From NCBI RefSeq assembly GCF_018398935.1, contig NZ_CP074694.1:5850001-5882000 (forward strand): DNA of 32,000 nt, in the 5' to 3' direction. The stretch comes from Telmatocola sphagniphila (GTDB lineage: Bacteria > Planctomycetota > Planctomycetia > Gemmatales > Gemmataceae). How positions within the stretch are numbered: position 1 is the first letter of the stretch; the number at the start of each line of letters is the position of its first letter. The notes under the pieces were generated by a model. That model worked only from the letters and a program-made list of their open reading frames with translations. It searched no databases and had not been told where the DNA came from. Below are positions 26,420 to 32,000 of this stretch, in pieces. The position numbers and the translations under genes are program-made.

Positions 26420-27367
26420 ATGGCGAGCAAAAAAAACTCATCAATCGATTTGTCAGAACAAGTTTTGGCCGTGGCCGAATTCGCCGTCCGGTTTCTGGTT
26501 GCCCCGAAATATCTGATAAATAAAAACGCAGTCGTTGACTTTCCCCTGGATAAAAGAGAACGGGCTACCGTGCTAAAATTTCCCGTTCTCCCTGCCGAGC
26601 TGAAGGCGAAGTTGTCGAGCGAGGAGGCAAGTTTCACTATCGCCGATACAGCCAGAATGTTACTGACGGTCGCGGAATCGCTGCTGGATGAGCAGAAATT
26701 AAAACCAGTAAAATTCTGGATGATCGCCCAGAAATTAGCGGATTGCCTTGAAGGTTATGTGTTTCCTGTCGAGCCTGAGCCGTCTAAGCCAGCGAGATTG
26801 AAGCCCACGGACAACATCTATCAATTCAAGATTACGCTCCTGGATATCGAGCCACCGATATGGCGACGGATTCAGATTCAGGATTGCACCCTCCAGAAAC
26901 TTCACAATCACATCCAGCAGGCGATGGGCTGGACGAACTCTCACCTGTATCAGTTCGAGATCCAGAAGCAATGCTATGGAGATCCTGCGATGCTCAGTGA
27001 AGGATTCGATGAATTCGAATGCCTCGATTCGTCTAAAACGTTACTCAGTTCCATTCTTCCCGAGCGCCGCAAGCGCTTTGCCTTCAAGTACGAATACGAC
27101 TTTGGAGACGGCTGGAAGCACGAGATTTTGTACGAGGGCATTCCCCCCATCGATACCAAAGCGAAATATCCAATTTGCCTGGAAGGGGAAGGAGCCTGTC
27201 CACCGGAGGATTGCGGCGGCGCTTGGGGTTATATCCACCTGCTGGATGTGCTCGAGGACCCGGAGCACGTTGAACACCGGGAGTTGAAGGAGTGGATCGG
27301 TGGCCATTTCGATTCGGAAGAGTTCGATTCAAAGCGAGCGACAAAGGATATGAGAAATCGGAGGTGA
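26420..27367 (+). CDS. plasmid pRiA4b ORF-3 family protein with an uncharacterised ~125-aa N-terminal extension
   Basis: ATG at 26420 preceded by ggaaggagag. IYQFKITLLDIEPPIWRRIQIQDCTLQKLHNHIQQAMGWTNSHLYQFEI, YEYDFGDGWKHEI and CLEGEGACPPEDCGGAWGY are the family signature. Confidence 0.85.
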   Translation: MASKKNSSIDLSEQVLAVAEFAVRFLVAPKYLINKNAVVDFPLDKRERATVLKFPVLPAELKAKLSSEEASFTIADTARMLLTVAESLLDEQKLKPVKFWMIAQKLADCLEGYVFPVEPEPSKPARLKPTDNIYQFKITLLDIEPPIWRRIQIQDCTLQKLHNHIQQAMGWTNSHLYQFEIQKQCYGDPAMLSEGFDEFECLDSSKTLLSSILPERRKRFAFKYEYDFGDGWKHEILYEGIPPIDTKAKYPICLEGEGACPPEDCGGAWGYIHLLDVLEDPEHVEHRELKEWIGGHFDSEEFDSKRATKDMRNRR

Positions 27368-27855
27368 AGCTCGGCCATTTCGCGCCGACAAAGGAACGGG
27401 GTTGATGAACCCAGAACAACTGCGAGTCGCTTACTCATCCCGGTAAGCTCCATCTCGCGAGGAAAACAAACGGCCGAGATGTGCATTAAATAATCTGTTT
27501 AAAGGTAGGGTTTCCGATCCAAGGAAATCGTTTGTCATTATCGCAATTGTTCTTCGATTTTTTACCATCTCCCACCGTGATACTACTCATCCAGGAAGAG
27601 AGTACTACACCGAGCTTTGAAGATCTGAATCCCCAAATTTGACCTGTGAACGGTGCTCTGGACTCGGCGACCGAATCGAATTGCTCAGTAAGCGCTCTAA
27701 AAATTACCGCAGCCCAAGCGCGTGAAATTCCACGCTGCCTCTTCAAGTTTGAGTCTGTCTCGACTCGTCGAGGATTTTGAAACAGATGAGGAAACTTTGC
27801 GACAATTTGCATCGCAAAAGTGAACTGGCTAGCAGGGCGGACGAGAGGAGACGGC

Positions 27856-27889
27856 AGAGAGCTCTCATCACTAGAGAGCTCTCATCACT
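27856..27889. repeat. perfect 17-bp tandem duplication
   Basis: agagagctctcatcact occurs at 27856-27872 and is repeated exactly at 27873-27889. Each copy contains the palindrome gagctc. Confidence 0.9.
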
Positions 27890-28036
27890 CAGTATAACTC
27901 GAAGAATAAAATCCAGTCAGCTTATGCCAGGAACGATTGAAGCGCAAAATACATTCGAAGCCGAAAACTAACCGAAATGCCTACTTCAGCGACTTCCCGC
28001 TTTTCAAAATTCCACCAGGGTTCAAGTTTCCCGATT

Positions 28037-29623
28037 TTACTCCGACGAAATAGGCTCTCCTTTAGCGGCCACCGAGCGCTTCATGATCAGCACCAGGGGG
28101 ATCAGCAACAAAGCTAACGCACCAAATACCCAGTAAACATCGAAATACGAGAGCGATTGGGCCTGCTGTTGACGGGTGTTATCGAGAATCTGGTAACCCA
28201 ACTGATCCGCGAGTGCGGGGTCTCCAAAGTTTTGCAGAAGACCCGGTCGAAGGTTATTCAAGTAAGATTTGAAGGCCGGGTTAAACATGTCGAGATATTC
28301 ATTTAGCCTTAGTAAATGAAACTGTTCCCGACGCTCCTGAATCGTTTGAGCGACCGAGGTCCCGACGCTTCCTCCTTCATTTCGAAGTAAGCTCAAAAGT
28401 CCAACCGCGGCCCCACGCAACTCCGGGCTGATCCCTTGATAAGCGGCGACATTCAACGGTGCAAACAGGAACGATAGCCCCAGAATCAGGACGACGCGCG
28501 GCCAGACAACCTGCCAGGGGCCGATGTCGAGATTCAGGATGCTAAGCCAATAATTTCCCAGTCCCATCAGAAGCAAACCGATCATCATCAGCCAGCGGGC
28601 GTCGACACCTTTACCCAATAATGCTCCTACTATTGGCAGCAACATTACTGCGAAAAAACCTGCAGGCGAAAGTACTAATCCCGAATGCGTGGCATCATAT
28701 CCAAATAGCGTTTGTAGCATAGCCGGCAGAGTCGTCGTCTGACCGTAGAGCACTCCAAACGAGCAGGCAATCAGTAGCGCGCTGACTGCAAAGTTACGGT
28801 TGGCAAGCGGCTTGAGATTGACAATTGGTGCCGCATAATTCAATTCCCGAATTATCAAGCCGCCCAGACAACACAAAAATAGTCCACTCAAAATCTGTAC
28901 TCGATAAAACGGATCGCCGAACCAATCCCATTCCTGGCCTTTGCTGAGTACGACTTCCCAGCAAACCATCGTCAGTACCAGAAAAGATAAGCCGAGGAAA
29001 TCGAAGGGCTGCGTCTGTTTGCGAGCCTGCGTACGCAACTCGTTCAGATACGGGGGATCCTGCACCAGTACATAACTGGCCAACCACGCCAACATTCCGA
29101 CCGGTACATTGATGAAAAAAATCCAGCGCCATTCGTAGTTGTCGGTGATGTAGCCGCCCAGAGTGGGACCGACGATGGGGGCGATCAATGCTGCTACCGC
29201 AAAGACTGTCATCGCCAGTCCTTGCTTTTCCTTCGGAAAGGTATCGAGAAGGATTCCTTGCGTGCACGGCTGCAGACCCCCGCCGGCCAGTCCTTGCAGA
29301 ATTCGAAACAGGATCAATTGTTCCAGGCTGCCGGCGATGCCGCAGAGGAAGGAACTCAAAGTAAATATCGCCATCGAGAGCAGAAAATAGGTCCGGCGGC
29401 CGAGCCGAACTAACAGCCAGCCCGACATCGGCAGAATGATGGCATTGGCGGCCAGGTAACTGGTGATCACCCACTCGCTATCAACTTCGGCCGCCGACAA
29501 CCCGCCCGCGATGTAGCGCAGCGCGACATTAGCAATTGTGGTATCCAGCACCTCCATGAAGGTCGGCACGACGACCGCCACGGCGATCAGCCAGGGGTTC
29601 ACTCGAGGAGGCGTGGCACTCAA
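28037..29623 (-). CDS. DHA2-family MFS efflux permease (EmrB/QacA-like)
   Basis: 528 aa with a 14-TM-type profile. N-terminal VVPTFMEVLDTTIANVALRYIAGGL and LGRR motifs. The apparent start is TTG at 29623-29621, overlapping the upstream stop. Confidence 0.9.
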   Translation of the reverse strand: MSATPPRVNPWLIAVAVVVPTFMEVLDTTIANVALRYIAGGLSAAEVDSEWVITSYLAANAIILPMSGWLLVRLGRRTYFLLSMAIFTLSSFLCGIAGSLEQLILFRILQGLAGGGLQPCTQGILLDTFPKEKQGLAMTVFAVAALIAPIVGPTLGGYITDNYEWRWIFFINVPVGMLAWLASYVLVQDPPYLNELRTQARKQTQPFDFLGLSFLVLTMVCWEVVLSKGQEWDWFGDPFYRVQILSGLFLCCLGGLIIRELNYAAPIVNLKPLANRNFAVSALLIACSFGVLYGQTTTLPAMLQTLFGYDATHSGLVLSPAGFFAVMLLPIVGALLGKGVDARWLMMIGLLLMGLGNYWLSILNLDIGPWQVVWPRVVLILGLSFLFAPLNVAAYQGISPELRGAAVGLLSLLRNEGGSVGTSVAQTIQERREQFHLLRLNEYLDMFNPAFKSYLNNLRPGLLQNFGDPALADQLGYQILDNTRQQQAQSLSYFDVYWVFGALALLLIPLVLIMKRSVAAKGEPISSE

Positions 29624-31095
29624 GGTTTCATGACCTCCTGTAGCCGTCGACCTGCATTCGGTCCTTCGGGAGGTTCTTTGACGTAGACGTATGGAGTCAC
29701 CGAAAGCCCTGCAAAGAGCGTATCTGTATCGGGATCATAATCCTGCAATTCGATTCGAACCGGGAGGCGCTGCACCACTTTTACGAAGTTGCCCGTCGCA
29801 TTTTGGGCCGGTAGCAAAGCCAGCGTGGAACCCGTGCCGTATGTGAATCCCGTGATATGTCCCTTGTACACTTTTTGAGAGCCATAAATATCCGAGAAGA
29901 TATCCACTCGTTGACCGATGCGCATCTCCGCCAATTGGGTCTCCTTGAAGTTGGCGTCTATCCAGATCTCTCTCAGAGACCGCACGGCCATCAATTGCTG
30001 CGATACCTGAACGAAATTTCCCGGATTTGCGTTTCGCCGCGTGACGACGCCATCAATATCCGCGTAGATTTTGCAGTAACTCAGATTGAGTTCCGCATCT
30101 TTGAGATCGCTTTTCGCTTTTAACAGATTGGCTTCCGCCTGTTTGATCGCCGGTGCCTCGGGAATCAATTTTTCAAAAACTTTGTCGATGTCTTTATGAA
30201 AGTCTTTGCTTCGAACTCTATCCAATACTTCTTCGGGAGTTTCCTCCGACTTTGCCAGCGGCAGGCCCACCTGGGTAGCTACTTGAACTAACTCGGCCAG
30301 TGCCTGGCGGACACTCGAGAAAGTCTGCCGCAGATTTTTGGGAACGGAAGTCAAATTACCGTCTGCGGGGATGGGGGGCTGCCCGAGAAAGACGCGAGTT
30401 TCGTAGACTTCTTCGCGAGCTTGATTCACCTGAGCCTGGGCCACTTTTTCCGCTTCGATTGCCGCGTCCAAATCCTGCCGGGCAGTGGCCCCTTTGGTGA
30501 AGGTCTCTCTCGCACGCACCAGATCGGCCTTGGCGCGGTCCCAGGTGGCTTCCTTACTTCGTAGCGCTGCCACTTTGGCACTCAAGAGAGCCACTTGATT
30601 ATCGACTGCTTCCATTGAAGCCTGTAATTTCCAACGCAGGCTTCGAGCTTGCGCCAAAGTTCCGCGTACCTGAGCATCGGCGACAATGAGATTGGCCTGG
30701 GCTATGGAGACCAGAGACTTCTTGATGTCGACCTGCACTTGAAAGGGTTCGGGATCCAGTTCGACTAACAGCTGGCCCGCTTTAACGCGCATGTTATCGT
30801 CGACAAAAACCGCCTTCACCTGGCCGGCCACCCGCGGAGCGACAAAAGTCACGTGGCCGTTTACGTAGGCGTCATCGGTCGATTGCGTGTTCCAGGTGCG
30901 AATCACCCAAGATCGCAGCAAACTCCCGATGAGAGCGATTACAGCTACTAACACCCCCAACAAAATAATCCGACGGCCCACATGCTTCCGAGGGACAGGC
31001 TTGATTAATTGCGCTGGCATTGGATTTGCAGAAGGCTCCGTCGCAGGAGTGCTTTGCATGAGGATTCCTCGAGCTCTAGGACTATCCGAACTCAT
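29620..31095 (-). CDS. HlyD-family secretion/adaptor protein (EmrA-like)
   Basis: ATG at 31095-31093. Single TM RRIILLGVLVAVIALIGSLL, then TDDAYVNGHVTFVAPRVAGQV, a long coiled-coil, and a C-terminal NFVKVVQRLPVRIEL. Confidence 0.85.
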   Translation of the reverse strand: MSSDSPRARGILMQSTPATEPSANPMPAQLIKPVPRKHVGRRIILLGVLVAVIALIGSLLRSWVIRTWNTQSTDDAYVNGHVTFVAPRVAGQVKAVFVDDNMRVKAGQLLVELDPEPFQVQVDIKKSLVSIAQANLIVADAQVRGTLAQARSLRWKLQASMEAVDNQVALLSAKVAALRSKEATWDRAKADLVRARETFTKGATARQDLDAAIEAEKVAQAQVNQAREEVYETRVFLGQPPIPADGNLTSVPKNLRQTFSSVRQALAELVQVATQVGLPLAKSEETPEEVLDRVRSKDFHKDIDKVFEKLIPEAPAIKQAEANLLKAKSDLKDAELNLSYCKIYADIDGVVTRRNANPGNFVQVSQQLMAVRSLREIWIDANFKETQLAEMRIGQRVDIFSDIYGSQKVYKGHITGFTYGTGSTLALLPAQNATGNFVKVVQRLPVRIELQDYDPDTDTLFAGLSVTPYVYVKEPPEGPNAGRRLQEVMKP

Positions 31096-31743
31096 TTACG
31101 ACATTATTTGTTGATGAATACAGTACAAGTCGCTCTCTCTTTCAATGGACCGGAGAGTCCGGTAAAACAACGCCGAGCGGCCCTCCGCAAATCCCTCTCG
31201 GGACAGGGAAGTTAATACTAAAAGCGTGATGGGAGGTCTTGAAGTTTTCTTAGAGGATGTCAGTAAGCCATTCTTCTGGAACGATCTGACTCTCAGGTTC
31301 TTAGTACCAGAATGTTAAGTCGGAGGGAAATGCTCGGACGCGGTTTAAAGTGTTCGAAAGCAGCAAATTCGGCTATTTTTGCTTAGGATCTTGTGTCGAA
31401 CAAGAACGGAATTCGGTGGGGACTTGTGTCTTGCAATAACAGATAATAAAATTATTATTTGCAGGAATTTGTTCAGCAAAAGCGATTTTATTATAGCTTT
31501 TTTCACCTTGAGAAGCTTCTCTATACACGCGTTCCGTTACGTTTAGACCTCAAACAAGCGAAGTTTTTGATGCCAATTCCGTGGGGAGTTTTAGCGAGAT
31601 AGTTCGATGAGTCCCCCACGCCGGAGCTTTTCGCTCGGCCGAACGCATACTTCTATTTTTCAAACATTCTTCCTTTCCGCGAATAGCTCTCGGCGTTTTA
31701 TCGGATCGGGACATCCGGATCCCGACTTCAGTCGGTCGAACGA

Positions 31744-32000
31744 TCAGCACCTCAGTGCTTTCAGTAGTCGGAAGAAGATTGGCAAGTGCGGGTTCCAGCC
31801 GAGCAATCGATAGACGATGCGGCCGGCCTTCCGGACGATCTGACAAGGCAGAAGCATGAAAGCATTGAGGAAGGTTTTGAATTCCATTTTCAAAACCGAC
31901 TGCTTCTGGTCCCGATGCTTTTCCCGCCAGCGACCAGGAGTTTCCGGCAACGTCAAGGCCCACCAGGCTTTCAAGTTCCAGGCCAGGGAGGCCATCACCA
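31744..32000 (-). mobile_element. C-terminal part of a DDE transposase (IS1380/IS4-superfamily-like); the gene continues beyond the right edge
   Basis: The frame is open to the window edge. The tail LAWNLKAWWALTLPE..MEFKTFLNAFMLLPCQIVRKAGRIVYRLLGWNPHLPIFFRLLKAL matches the conserved C-terminal pattern of these transposases (A-x-N-L..W..L-x-L-P, then a helix, then R-x-G-R-x-x-x-x-R-L). Family assignment is from memory only. Confidence 0.6.

Noticed and set aside
27856-27889. CRISPR-like or minisatellite array.
   Set aside because: There are only two abutting copies with no spacers, so this is a simple tandem duplication.

Overview
The window looks like a chromosomal fragment from a member of the Planctomycetota. 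Supporting markers are a DUF1559 prepilin-like protein with the [26 protein letters not shown]-terminus, a BBP7-type outer-membrane barrel, a PEP-CTERM protein, a secreted repeat protein with an LEDLENRLVLS N-terminus, and a formylmethanofuran-dehydrogenase-B-like gene. I can support about 28 protein-coding genes on both strands. I found no rRNA, tRNA or CRISPR array. Housekeeping genes (queA, mutY, larB, fhs, a LOG-family gene) are interleaved with envelope and export genes. The most system-like block is a tightly packed co-directional cluster at 10.1-16.1 kb: an atypical SDR, an AsnB-family glutamine amidotransferase, then a DevC/DevA/DevB-like (MacB-type) tripartite ABC exporter. I flag it as a hypothetical make-and-export module, not a demonstrated new system. 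Three segments look accessory: an AT-rich island with one orphan gene (22.3-23.4 kb), a gene-poor stretch (25.8-28.0 kb) holding a solitary pRiA4b-ORF3-family gene and a perfect 17-bp tandem duplication, and an EmrAB-like pump followed by an AT-rich spacer and a DDE transposase cut by the right window edge. All calls rest on reading the translations and the DNA by eye; no database search was possible.
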